DNA of 64,000 nucleotides from Planctomycetota bacterium (lineage in GTDB: Bacteria; Planctomycetota; GCA-002687715; CAIWVZ01). The stretch spans positions 768,001 to 832,000 of the forward strand of contig JBGANV010000002.1 of NCBI GenBank assembly GCA_044222185.1. Direction: 5' to 3'. Each line of letters begins with the position of its first letter. Position 1 is the first letter of the stretch. Below are positions 20,467 through 34,700 of this stretch, one piece after another. A program made the position numbers and the translations under genes. The notes below the pieces were generated by a model. It was not told the DNA's origin and made no database searches. It saw only the letters and a program-made list of their open reading frames with translations.

Positions 20467-22392
20467 TGTCAAGGTAGTTGCTGCCCAATGGGTCGTGTCT
20501 GACCCGCAAGGCGCCGCGCCTGCGGCGCGGCCAGGATCGACCTCGGCAGAGGCCGATGACGGCGCGAACGACCAGCGGGGTCGCCGGTCGAGTTCGCAGG
20601 AGGCGCCCAGTTCGACCCGAGCCGACTGCCAGCGCCTGGGACGTTCCGGTCGCGTTGACCTCGAAGCGAGCCTCATGCGTTCTGTCTCGCTCTCGGCTCG
20701 GGCTCTGGATTGAGCGTCACGGCTTCGATCTGCGACCAGTTTCTCGTGTCACCCGTCCAGCGCTCAGGGCGCATGGCGCGCGCCTTCTCGTAGACGCAGC
20801 TGCGCCCCCGAGCTGGGGACGCTTCGCGACCGCTATGGCGTTCCTCGGCGTGACGAAGCGGATGCCGCTGTGTCGATGCTCGGTGTTGTACCAGCGCGTG
20901 AACGTCACCATCCACGAACGCGCGTGTGCGACCGACGGGAAGGCCCGCTGGGAACCTGGCCGGTACTTGAGCGTGCAGAACAGCGACTCCGAGAAGGGAT
21001 TGTCGTTGCTCACGCTCGGGCGACTGAACGACGTCGCCACGCCGAGCGACTGCAGCGTGGCGAGCAACGTCGCGCCTCATCGGACTGCCGTTGTCCGAGT
21101 GGATGACGAGATCGCCGCGCGAGACCCTCACGGGCACACGCCGCCGCAATGAAGCACGAGGAGTGAGCGGTGTCTTCCGACTCCTCGATCACCCATCCGA
21201 CGATCTTTTCGACTCCACACGTCGATCGCGACGTAGAGGTAGAAAAAGACGCCCTTTATAGGGGACCGCAGGTAAGGTGATGTCCCAGCTCCAGACCTGG
21301 TTCTTGGCTGTCGCCCAGCTCGCGTGGTCGCTTCCGTGTCGTTGGTGCCCGCGAGGGCCCTCGGTGATGCTGCATCCCTTCCGAGCGCAGGATCCGGTAG
21401 ATCGTGGACTCCAGAAGCGACGTAAATCTCTCGATCGGCGAGCCTCGGAACGATCTGGCTTGGCGGGAGGTCGCGGAACTCCGGCGACGTCACGAGGGTG
21501 CGGACCTCCTGCTGCTCTGCCGCAGTGAGCTTGTTCTTCGGTGGTTGCTTGGGCCCATTGCGGCGATCGGTGCCACTGGGCTGCTGCGCCAGTGCTGGAT
21601 GGTCGTTTCGCTGATGTCCAAGATCTTGCATGCCTCGGCCTGGCTCGCTCCACCAGCCACAGCATCCGCGAGGAGGTTCATGATCATGGATCGCTCTTCG
21701 GCTGGGTGGGCTCGTCCGCGTCCCCCAGATTTCCGCAGACTTTTTTGGAGGTCGAGCAGAGCCTCGACGGCTCGCAGCCGCTTCTCCTTCTTCGCCAGAT
21801 CCGTCTCGAGTTCCTTGATCCGGCGTGCGGCTGTAGCGGCGGCCTTCGTCGAGGAGCGCGTGCCGTCAAGCCATCTGAGGCGGCTGCCGTCACGATCGTG
21901 CGCCGGGCATTGAGGTCCGCCTCGTGAACGCCTCTGCGGCGCAAGAACTCTCGAGCTCGACTTGAGGGATCGACGATGCCTCCATGACGACTGGAAGCTT
22001 CCCGCAGCACTCCACCGCTTCGGACTCATGGGGCTCTCGCGCTGCTCGTCGTTGTGGGTTCCCATGGGAGGGAGCCCTATTCGCCAACTGAACCCAGTGC
22101 CTCTCAACGTACTTCGGGCGATTCCCAGTTCCTCGTGGAGGGCTGTGATCTTCGCTCCTCGGGCCCGAAGATCCGCTGGAGAATCCGTTCCCGAAGCCTT
22201 CGCTGTGAATCACCCAGAGCTCTCCTTCGCCCCGGATCCGTGATCTCCTTGCGGAGAAGATTTTTTTGCCCCCCCGCGGGGGGGCAAACGAGCACGCCTT
22301 GAGGGCGTGCTCGAGCAGGGCCGCGCCCTGCCCGGCTCGGAGCCGGGCAGGGAACCCCGCGGCCCTCGACCGAGGCGGCAACTACCCTGACA
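20467..22392 (-). mobile_element. IS3-family insertion sequence, degenerate
   Basis: 19-bp terminal inverted repeats TGTCAAGGTAGTTGCTGCC (20467) and the reverse complement of GGCGGCAACTACCCTGACA (22374-22392), with 2 mismatches. Transposase fragments lie inside. No target duplication was seen. Confidence 0.82.
20673..22029 (-). pseudogene. IS3 transposase orfA/orfB with many frameshifts
   Basis: Fragments in different frames: MSPKRWS, FLRRRGVHEADL, IKELETDLAKKEKRL, NQVWSWDIT, FYLYVAIDVWSRK, HSDNGSPM, SRPSVSNDNPFSESLFCTLKY, WYNTEHRHSGI. A-AAA-AAG slippery site on the minus strand at 21740-21746. Confidence 0.85.
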
Positions 22393-22403
22393 CTGGGGGA
22401 TGG

Positions 22404-25400
22404 TCATTTGCGGGTCTCGGGCGCGGCGGTCGCCGGCGCGAACGGACCGCACAGCGTGCGCATACGCGCCCACAGCGAGGACCACGCGGGACGCAACGCC
22501 TCCGGAAGCGCAGCAAGATCACCGTCGCGAACACGCGCGAACTCCGGCATGAGCAGGCACTGGCGGAGCGCGAGCCGCGTGGCCCGCGCGTTCGTGGGCT
22601 CGGAGGTGATCGACGAACTCGCCACGTCGAGTCCGCGGTCGAGCCAGGCGAATGCCTCCGAAAGGAGCGCGGTTCGCGCCGATTCGGCCTGCGGATCGGA
22701 AGCGGCGCGACCCGCCGTGGCGGCGACGGCCGCGGCAGCGGCCGCCGGCACGCGCCACGGCGAGCGAGCGCCGTCGACGAGCGACGGATCCTGCTCGAAT
22801 CCGCGGCGGAAGAACTGCACGGCCTCCTGGATCCGACCCATGCGAAGCGCGGCCTGACCGAACGCGCAGGCCTCGGCGGCCGACGCGGGCGGCTCGTAGG
22901 GACGCACGGTGCCGAGGAGTCGATCGCGAATGACGATGAACCGACGGACGTCCTGGATCCACGATTCCGTCGGGTAGCTCCACCCCGGCTTCGACGTGCC
23001 GATGGCGTGGGCCTTCTCGAATGCCGCGAGCGCCTCCTCCCATCGCCCGAGGTTGCGGAACGAGAGGCCGAGGTTCGCGATGAGCTCCGCCGACGTCGGT
23101 TCCAGCGCCAACGCGCGCTGCGCGGCCATGAGAGCCTCGTCGAACTCGCCCAGACCTCCCAGCGCCTGCGAGAGATCGGACCAGGAGATGGGCGCGTTCG
23201 GGCGCAGCGCGACGGCGCGCCGTCCGGCCTCGGCGGCCGTGTCCAGGTGGCCGGCATCGAGACGGATCTGAGTCAACACTCTCCACACCGCCTCGTTTTG
23301 CGTTCCTTGCTCCGCCGCGTCCTCGAGGATCCGAGAAGCCTCGGCCCGCCGGCCCTCCGCCGTGAGGAAGAGGCCGAGCTGGACCTGCGCCGAGTCGCGC
23401 GCGCCGTTCCCCTTCGGGATTTGATTCACGGCCTCCTCGAGCATGCGAACGCCGTCGGCCTTGCGGCCTGCGGAATAGAGCGATCGCCCGAGAAACGCCT
23501 TGGACTCCGGGTCGAGGGTGGCGAGCTTCGGCTCGAACCTCGCCACGCAGCGTCCGTACCGCGCGCTGCTCGTCCAGATCGACGCCAGCGCCTTGTTTGC
23601 GATGCGCTCCGTGGCTCCGCGGGCGAGCGCGCGATCGACCATTGCCTCCGCGCGATCGGGGTCCGATCTTCCGAGAGCCATGGCCGCGCGAAGCAGCGCC
23701 GAGTCGGACTCGGGCCACCGCGTCGCGAGCGTCGTGGCGACCCTGCCGAGGAGCCCCGTGTCCGTCGAGCGGTTGAGCGCCTGCGCCAATCCCAGCATGG
23801 GAATCTCGCCCGGAAGCTCGCCCGCCAGGATGCAGCGCTGGAACGCGTCGATCGCCTCGTCGAGGTCCGACCCCACGAGGTGTTGCCCGTTGGACGTGCG
23901 CCGCATCGCCGCGAAGAACCAATCCAGGCCCGTGCTCGGCGGCGGCAACGACGCGCGAAGCTGATTGGCTTCGTCGTGGCGCCCGAGCCGATGGAGAACG
24001 TCGACACGCAGATCCATGAGCCCTGGCGGCGCCTCGTGCTCCGTTCGCCACGCGTCGAACTGATGGAGCACCGGCTCCAGATCGTCTCCCGTCTGGAGTG
24101 CGCTCCAGACCAGACCGAATTCCGCCAGGACGTTTCCCGGGTCGGTGGCGAAGACGGAGTCCAGCAGTTGACGCGAGCGATCGAAGTCCGTGTCCGTCAT
24201 CGCGACAAAGGCGGCTTGGACTCGCGACAGGACGTCCTGCTCGTGCTCTCGCCGCTGCGTCGCTTCCACGTCGCGACGCACGGCCAGGCCGTATCCACCC
24301 AGTCCGGCGATCGCCGGAATGGCCAGCGCGAGAAACAGCGCCAACGCCGCGCGCGCCGGGTGGCGACGACTCCACCGCAGGGCGCGGTACGCGAGCGTGG
24401 CGGGACGCGCGAGCGTCCGCTCCGTGTGACGAAACCGCTCCAGATCGTCCGCGAAGTGCCTCGCGGTCTGGTACCTGCGATCGCGATCCTTCTCGAGCGC
24501 CGTCTCGATGATGGCGGCGAGATCACTTCCGATGGCCGCGTTCAGTCGGCGCGCGTCCACCGGTTCCTTCCCGACGACGGCCTGGAACAACCCTTGCCGC
24601 GTCGGTGCGTCGAAGGGGCGGCGCAACGTCACGGCTTCATAGAGCGCGACGCCGAGCGACCAGACGTCCGTGCGTCGATCGAGCGGGATCCGCTGGGCGA
24701 CGAGTTGCTCGGGAGACATGTAGGCCGGCGTTCCGAAGAGATCACCGGAGAGCGTGAGCGTGTGCTCGGCGGCGTCCTTCGCCATGCCGAAATCCAGGAG
24801 GAACGGCTCGCCTGATTCATCCAGCAGGATGTTGGCCGGCTTCACGTCGCGGTGAAGGACTCCGGCTTCGTGCGCAACGTCGAGAGCGCGCGCGACCTTC
24901 TCGAACAGATGGACGATGTGAGTGATCTCGCCCGCGTCCGGCAGGGAGCTCGACGGAACGTCCACGGACTTCCGCGGATCGGAAGGGACGTCTCCCATGC
25001 GCAGCGTCGTCGGCGTGCGCCCGCTGTCTCGCCCCGTGTCCGACAACCGCTCCTGGATTCGGTATCCGAGGGAGCGCCCTTCGATGGGTTGCATGGCGAT
25101 CCACGGCTGACCGTGGGTCACGCCCGAGGCGAAGACCTTGCAGATGTTCGGGTGATCGAGACGCGACACGATCGACGCCTCACGCCGGAAACGCTCGAAG
25201 AGCTCGCCCGAGTGCCCAACGATCGTGTTGAGCAACTTCAACGCGACGACACGCTGCTCCTGCAAGTCGAACGCTCGATAGACGACGGCCTGACCGCCTC
25301 GGCCGAGTTCCGATTCGATGCGAAAGCGCGCGTCGAGCGTGGGCGCATCGAACGCCGCCGGAAGGTCCTGCGCGAATCCAGACAGCTCGCGCATGTGCCG

Positions 25401-25436
25401 CTCGATCGAATCCGGATCCACGTCGTCGTCGCTCAC
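22404..25436 (-). CDS. Membrane Ser/Thr (Hanks) kinase with C-terminal TPR repeats, paralog 1
   Basis: LGRGGQAVVY, VALK, HRDVKPAN, DFG, GTPAYMSPEQ, DVWSLG, then a TM helix and TPRs. GTG start overlaps the upstream stop (GTGA). Confidence 0.92.
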   Translation of the reverse strand: MSDDDVDPDSIERHMRELSGFAQDLPAAFDAPTLDARFRIESELGRGGQAVVYRAFDLQEQRVVALKLLNTIVGHSGELFERFRREASIVSRLDHPNICKVFASGVTHGQPWIAMQPIEGRSLGYRIQERLSDTGRDSGRTPTTLRMGDVPSDPRKSVDVPSSSLPDAGEITHIVHLFEKVARALDVAHEAGVLHRDVKPANILLDESGEPFLLDFGMAKDAAEHTLTLSGDLFGTPAYMSPEQLVAQRIPLDRRTDVWSLGVALYEAVTLRRPFDAPTRQGLFQAVVGKEPVDARRLNAAIGSDLAAIIETALEKDRDRRYQTARHFADDLERFRHTERTLARPATLAYRALRWSRRHPARAALALFLALAIPAIAGLGGYGLAVRRDVEATQRREHEQDVLSRVQAAFVAMTDTDFDRSRQLLDSVFATDPGNVLAEFGLVWSALQTGDDLEPVLHQFDAWRTEHEAPPGLMDLRVDVLHRLGRHDEANQLRASLPPPSTGLDWFFAAMRRTSNGQHLVGSDLDEAIDAFQRCILAGELPGEIPMLGLAQALNRSTDTGLLGRVATTLATRWPESDSALLRAAMALGRSDPDRAEAMVDRALARGATERIANKALASIWTSSARYGRCVARFEPKLATLDPESKAFLGRSLYSAGRKADGVRMLEEAVNQIPKGNGARDSAQVQLGLFLTAEGRRAEASRILEDAAEQGTQNEAVWRVLTQIRLDAGHLDTAAEAGRRAVALRPNAPISWSDLSQALGGLGEFDEALMAAQRALALEPTSAELIANLGLSFRNLGRWEEALAAFEKAHAIGTSKPGWSYPTESWIQDVRRFIVIRDRLLGTVRPYEPPASAAEACAFGQAALRMGRIQEAVQFFRRGFEQDPSLVDGARSPWRVPAAAAAAVAATAGRAASDPQAESARTALLSEAFAWLDRGLDVASSSITSEPTNARATRLALRQCLLMPEFARVRDGDLAALPEALRPAWSSLWARMRTLCGPFAPATAAPETRK

Positions 25437-28396
25437 GGGCGACTCTCCGCCGCGGCGTCGGACTTTGGAGCGTGCGGTCCGCAGGCCGTGCGCACCTGGG
25501 ACCAGAACGCGGTCCACGCGGAGCGAGCCTCGATCGGAACGACAGGCATTCCGCCGTCACGCACGGGAGCGAGTTGGCGCAGGACGAGCCAGCGGCGCAG
25601 CTCGAGCTGGACGGCGTCGCGGGCGTTCTCCGCGGCGCGCATGCGGTCGAGCAGGAGTCGCAGTTCGAGCTGGAGCCACGGCAACGCCTCATCGAGCAGG
25701 CCTCGGCGAGCGGAGTCGTCGGACGCCAGGGCTGCCGCGTCGACGGCTGCGCGTGCCGCCATGAATCGCACCGTGGACTTCGGACTCTCGACCAGATTCG
25801 GATCCTCCTCGATGGCGCGACGGAAATACCCGATGGCGAGGTCCGGTCTGTTCGTCCGCGCGGCGACTCGCCCGAACTCGAGCTGTTCCGTCGTGGATTG
25901 GGGAGGGTTCGTGCCGCTCGTCGCCATGCGCACGCGATCGCGCACGTCGATGGAGCGACGCGCGTCGTCGAGCCACGCCCGCGAGGGCAGCGACCATCCC
26001 GGCTGCGACGCGGCGAGCGCGTGTCCCCTTTCGATGAGCGCGAGCGACTCATCCAACGGGCCCGTCTCCTGCAAGACGTGGCCCAATCGACAGAGCGCTT
26101 CCGCGGAGTCGGGGCGGAGCGCGACGGCGCGGCGGAGGCACGCGATCGCGGAGTCGGTCTGTCCGACTTCGGCGAGCACGCGCGCGGCGTTCACGTCGAC
26201 GTCGAAGTCGTCGGGCCGCAGGGCCACGGCCCGTTCACAGGCCGCGGCGCCTGCGTCGATGCGCTCGGCATCGATGAGGAGTCGACCGAGCGTGAGCCAC
26301 GCCGATGCGGATCGAGGGTCGCGCTCGAGGGCCGCTTCGCACGCCAGGATCGCGTCGTCACGTCGCCCCAGCTGCTGGAGCGCCTGCCCACGCAGATGAT
26401 CGGCGGCCGCGGCCAACGGAGTCGGAACCGACCGTCGTGCCGAGAACGCATCGAGCGTGGCGAGCGCCTCGGCAGCGCGACCCGCGTCATGGAGGATGCG
26501 CACGAGCGTGATCACGGCCCTCGCGCCGTCGGACTGCGCGGCGAGCGAGCGTCGCAGCGCGGCCGCCGCGTCCTCCGATCTCCCGAGCGCGAGGTACGCG
26601 TCGCCCGCGATCGCACCCGCGCGCGCCGCGTTCGTCCCGCGGGATCGGGCGCGCTCGAGCAGCGACAGGGCTCGGGCGGACTCGCACTGCGTGAGGGCAA
26701 AGGCAGCCCAGGTGAGCGCCTCGGGCGAATCCGGCCAGCGGTGCTCGAGCGTGTCGGCCGTCCGGAGACACGCGGCGCGATCCTGGGCCTCCCGAGCGGC
26801 GCACGCCATCCCGAACAGAGTCACCGGGCGCAGTGACTCCGACAGGAACGCACACTGAGCGAAGGCGTCGAGGGCGTCCCTCGCCGTCGGAGGCATGGCA
26901 GGAGCCAGAGCCCGTTCGCCGGCAAGGAGACGGATGCCTTCCAGGTGCCAGTCGAGCTTCGTCGCCGGTTTGGGAATGGTCGCGCCGAGCTTCTCCGCGT
27001 CGTCCCTGCGGTCGAGCCGGTTCAGCAGATCGCGGCGGAGCTGCAGCAACGCTGGCGGAATCGGCGACGGGTGATCAGCTCGCCAGGCATCGAGGTCGGC
27101 CAGCGCGCGTTGCGGGTCGCCACCGAGATGCAAGGCGCTCCACACGACGCCGAACTCGGCCTCCACGTTCCCGGGATCGCGAGAGAGGACGTCGGCGAGT
27201 CCGGCGTTCGCGATCGACGGCGTCAGCGACATCAGGGCTGCGAATGCCGCCTCGACGCGCTGGTCGACGTCACGGCGGAACGCATCGACGCGCGCGGCCT
27301 CCACCTTGTCGCGGTTCGCGAAGATGTACCCCGACAGGCCGGCGACCGTGGGAATCGCCAGGACGATGGCGGCGATGAGCGCGGCGCGCGCGGGATGGCG
27401 GCGGCTCCAACGCAGCGTGCGTCGTGCGAACGTGATGGGGCGGGCGAGGGTCGACTCGTTGCGGCGCAGGCGCGCGAGGTCGTCGGCGAGATGCTTCGCG
27501 GTCTGATATCGGCGATCGCGATCCTTCTCGAGGGCGGTCTCGATGATGGCGCGGAGGTCGGCGGTGACCGCGCGATTCCACGTGCGCGGATCGGGGGGAT
27601 CCTTGCCGAGCACGGCCGCGAAGAGCCCCTGTCGCGTGGGCGCATCGAACGGGCGACGCAGCGTCACGGCTTCGTACAGCGCCACGCCGAGCGACCACAC
27701 GTCCGTGCGCCGATCGAGCGGCACTCGTTGCGCGAGGAGCTGTTCGGGTGACATGTACGCGGGCGTGCCGAAGAGATCGCCCGTCGCCGTGAGCGTCTGG
27801 TCGGCGTCGTCCTTCGCCATGCCGAAGTCGAGCACGAACGGTTCGTCCGAGCGATCGACCATGATGTTGGCGGGTTTCACGTCGCGGTGGATGACGCCCG
27901 CTTCGTGGGCCGCGTGCAGCGCGCGCGCGGCCTTCTCCAGGATCTCGACGATCGTGGTGATCTCGGACCGCGAGGGAACGGCGGGAGAGGCGACCGTCGC
28001 CGGCTCCTCCCGTTCGGGTGCGAGGCTTCCGTCTCCGACGAACAGGGTCGAGGGGAGAGCACTCGCGCCGATGGACGGCTTCTCGCGGATCCGTGCGCCC
28101 AGCGATCGCCCGTCGATGAACTGCATGGCGATCCACGGCTGTCCATCCGTCACGCCCGACGCGAGGATGCGGCAGATGTTGGGATGGTCGAGCCGCGCCG
28201 CCGTGGCCGCCTCGCGGCGGAACCGCTCGAAGAGTTCGCCCGATTGCCCGACGACGGTGTTGAGGACCTTCAACGCGACCGTCTGCTGCAAGACGAGATC
28301 GCGGGCGCGATAGACGACCGCCTGGCCGCCGCGGCCCAACTCGCGTTCGATGCGGAACCGCTCGTGGATCGCTCGGACTTCTCGTGGTTCCGTCAT
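25433..28396 (-). CDS. Membrane Ser/Thr kinase with TPR repeats, paralog 2
   Basis: Same kinase motifs, TM helix and TPRs. GAGAGG RBS before ATG 28396. Confidence 0.92.
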   Translation of the reverse strand: MTEPREVRAIHERFRIERELGRGGQAVVYRARDLVLQQTVALKVLNTVVGQSGELFERFRREAATAARLDHPNICRILASGVTDGQPWIAMQFIDGRSLGARIREKPSIGASALPSTLFVGDGSLAPEREEPATVASPAVPSRSEITTIVEILEKAARALHAAHEAGVIHRDVKPANIMVDRSDEPFVLDFGMAKDDADQTLTATGDLFGTPAYMSPEQLLAQRVPLDRRTDVWSLGVALYEAVTLRRPFDAPTRQGLFAAVLGKDPPDPRTWNRAVTADLRAIIETALEKDRDRRYQTAKHLADDLARLRRNESTLARPITFARRTLRWSRRHPARAALIAAIVLAIPTVAGLSGYIFANRDKVEAARVDAFRRDVDQRVEAAFAALMSLTPSIANAGLADVLSRDPGNVEAEFGVVWSALHLGGDPQRALADLDAWRADHPSPIPPALLQLRRDLLNRLDRRDDAEKLGATIPKPATKLDWHLEGIRLLAGERALAPAMPPTARDALDAFAQCAFLSESLRPVTLFGMACAAREAQDRAACLRTADTLEHRWPDSPEALTWAAFALTQCESARALSLLERARSRGTNAARAGAIAGDAYLALGRSEDAAAALRRSLAAQSDGARAVITLVRILHDAGRAAEALATLDAFSARRSVPTPLAAAADHLRGQALQQLGRRDDAILACEAALERDPRSASAWLTLGRLLIDAERIDAGAAACERAVALRPDDFDVDVNAARVLAEVGQTDSAIACLRRAVALRPDSAEALCRLGHVLQETGPLDESLALIERGHALAASQPGWSLPSRAWLDDARRSIDVRDRVRMATSGTNPPQSTTEQLEFGRVAARTNRPDLAIGYFRRAIEEDPNLVESPKSTVRFMAARAAVDAAALASDDSARRGLLDEALPWLQLELRLLLDRMRAAENARDAVQLELRRWLVLRQLAPVRDGGMPVVPIEARSAWTAFWSQVRTACGPHAPKSDAAAESRP

Positions 28397-28511
28397 GGCC
28401 TCTCGAAGGCCGGGCATCATACCGGGCGAATGCGAGCGTGGTGTCGCCGTCTCACCCGGTCAGTCCTCCATCACGAGTGAGGTTCGGAGGGTGCGCGCGA
28501 CCCGATCGAAA

Positions 28512-31535
<3,024 letters not shown>

Positions 31536-31580
31536 GGCTCCTCGGGGAGGGGGCCATCCTACACGCCGAGACTGCGCGCA

Positions 31581-31726
31581 GGAGCGCCGGGCTCCGCCCG
31601 GCTGGCTCGCGGGGCTCCAGCCCCGCGTGAACGTCGGAGAGCCTTGGATCGCGTCCGACCCCTGCCCCCGTGGTGGCGGCGAGGTCATGCCCGACGACGT
31701 TCCCGGCAGCGCGGAGCCCTGCCGGC
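31581..31726. repeat. Isolated REP-like doublet of the same family
   Basis: GGAGCGCCGGGCTCCGCCCGGC followed by CGCGGGGCTCCAGCCCCGCG, plus a reverse-oriented hairpin near 31702-31725. Confidence 0.65.
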
Positions 31727-31756
31727 AAAGCCACGCGGAGTGTGGCGCTCTTCGTT

Positions 31757-34700
31757 CTAGAGCTGCTCGATCCGCGTCCACCCCAACCGGAATCCCGACG
31801 GGGCCGCGGCGTCGAGCCACGCGACTTGCATCGCTGCGGTGAGATTCAGCGGTGACGCGGGACGATTGAAGCCGCTCAACACGAAGATCCCCAGCGCGGG
31901 ATTCGACGGGTTGGGAGTGAAGACCACGGACGGGCTCGGCGGCCCGAGGACTCCGATGCCGTCCACGAGCGCGAGCGTCGAGCCAGGCGTTCCGACGCCG
32001 AGGACGAAGTTCTCGACGGGCGTCGGCCATTGCGCGATCGGCGTCGGGACGGCGAGATCGACCAGGAGACTGAGCGGCGCGCCGGGCAGGCCGCCGTCGA
32101 CGATGGCGACATAGGCCTCACCGGGGAACGGGTCGAGCGGCCTGCGGATCACGGTTCCGACGTTCGCTCCGCCGATCCCCACGGGAATCGCCACGGTGTT
32201 CGAGATGGCGAAGTGCCCATTCTCGACCGTGAGGGCGACGCCACCCGCGGCGTGGGTTTCGAGGACCTGGGGTCCGACGGAACACACGAGCTGCGTCGCG
32301 CTGACGAACGTCGTCGGAAGGGTGGTCACGCCGGCGTGAACGACGGCGCCGGGAAGAAATCGCGCGCCCGTCAGCGTGACGTCGACCGATGGGGACGCCG
32401 CCGTCATCAACGGCAGCGTGGCCGGCGACGTGGTCGTGATCGCCGGCGCTTCGACGAACAGAGGCAGCGACGCCGAGATCCCACCGCCAGGCGACGCCGC
32501 GATGACGGTGACGGCCGCCGTCGTCGGCGACAGGATCAACAACGCGCCAACCTGCGCCGTGAGGGTGGTCGAGTCCACGAACGTGGTGGGAAGGAACGCC
32601 GAGTTCAACCGGACCGCGCTGCCGGGAAACACGGGCGTGGCGGGCGACACGAGGACCGTCAGGGTGACGTTCGTGCTGCCGGCGATCACGTGATCGGGGG
32701 TGACCTGCACGAGGATCGGCGTCGGCGCCAGCACCGTGAACGGAACCGTGGACGACGTTCCGCCGCCGGGCAGGGGATTGGTGACGCGGAGGGTGTGCGC
32801 ACCCGGTGTTGCGATGAGCGCCGCCGGGATCGTCGCCACGATCGTCGTGGGCGAAAGGCTGGTGATCGCGAGCGCCGTGGCCCCGTCCCATCGAACCGAC
32901 GTCAGCGCGTTGAAGCCCGTCCCGGTGAGCGTGACGCCCAAGTCCGCACTGCCGGCACCGGTCGAGTTGGGACTGACGGACGCCAGCGTGGGCGCGGGCT
33001 GCGACTGTGGAGTGACCGTCACCGAGGCCGTCGCGCCGGACACGGTGCCCGAGCCGCGACGCACGAGGACGGCGTGCCATCCCGGTTGCAGCAAGACACC
33101 TTGCTGCGTTCCAAACCCGGCCGAGAGATCAGCCGTCGTCCGGGACCGCCACTCCGACGACGTGCCCGGCTTGAACAGCGACCACGCATATCCCGTCGGA
33201 CCCGACACCGCGATGTCGAAGAGCCCCGGGAACGTGACCTCGAACTCGAAGACGTGAACGCGCGGGAACGTGGCGAATGCCGCCGTGCCGCCGAGCGAGC
33301 CGACGCTCAACGTCGTGATGCCCGACTCGAGCAGCGTCGCCGACGTGTGCGTCGCCGAGTTGTTGTAGACGATGCCCTCCGTGGACGAGATCGCCCCCAA
33401 GTGACCGTTGGCGAGCACCGCGGAAGTGTCCGTCGCGAACGACCCGCCGGTTCCGATCGCGAGGCCGAACCCTGAGTTGATCGCGAGCGTGGATCCCGTG
33501 ATGGCGAGTGCGTTCCACTTCCCAGCCACGGGCGCGCACGTGAAGGCATGGCTTGCGGGCGTGTTCGAGACCGTGGCCGTCGCTCCGGGTCCGCTCAAGG
33601 TCACGTGCGTCGACGAATCCGCGAGACGGATCGTGAGCGGGAGGTCGGACGTGGCCGGCGCCCCCTGCCGCACGATGGCGAGGCCCATCGTCCGCACGAC
33701 GCCTCCCGTCGTCACGAGCGTGACGTTGCCGCCGCCGTCACCGACGGTCCCGCTCTGCACGACTTGTGTCGCGCCTTCGAATCCCGATCCCAGACTCGCG
33801 AGCAGATACCACTTGAGCGACGGGTCACCGGCCGTCGTCAACTCGTAGCCGACGGTCACCGAAGTGGAGACTTCGAACACGCGAATCAGGTGACCGGCGG
33901 GCATGGACGTCAGGATGTACCCGCCGCTTCCGAGCGACGTCGCCGATGCGAGCTCGATCGTCGCCGGACCCGACCCCGACTGCCGCGTGATCAGGCCGGC
34001 CGTCGGCGTGGGAAATCCGTTGTGACCGTCGGCCGCGGCGAATTCCGTCGTGGGCGCCGGATTGGACCCGTCGGCGGCCCCCAGCGTCAGATCCCAATCA
34101 TCCGCCGATCCGACGGCGACGGCGTTCCAGACTCCGGCCGTCGGCGACAGCGTGAACGCCTCGCAGGCGCTCGTCGTGACTTGGGGGATGCCGGCGCTGA
34201 GTGCCAGCGGCGGGTGCGACTGGCACACGCTCAGTGCGACGGAATCCGCCGACAGGAACTGCGCCGGGCCGCCGTTGCGATAGATGACGACGCAATGGAA
34301 TCCCGGGTTGAGCGCGATCGTCGTCGGGGCTCCCATCGCCCGGTCGACGAGCACCTGCGTCGAGCGCGGCGCCCACGTGGAAACCACGGCGGGAGAGTAG
34401 AGCGCCCACCGCAGCGAGGGATCTCCGGCGACGTTCAGGTCGTAGCTTCCCGCCGTCGTCACCTCGAATTCGAACGCGGAGAGCACGGTGCTCGTGGTCC
34501 ACGGCCGCGCGCCCGTCTGGTTCATCGGGACGACCTGCGCGGCGGAGAATTGCGCCTGGCCGGGCGCCGACCCCCCGAATCGCGTGATCCTCCCGATCGT
34601 CGGCGGGATGGTGCCGTTGTGGCCGTTCGTCACGAGATAGTCGCAGACGTCGTTCGCGAACACGGACTGGACGTTCCCAAACGCGATGTCCCAATCACTC

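Noticed and set aside
19620-20713. ORFs with repeated MTPFLIDGRAVGPDC peptides as RiPP precursors
   Set aside because: They are translations of the palindromic DNA repeat in shifting frames (205 is not a multiple of 3), with no clear RBS.
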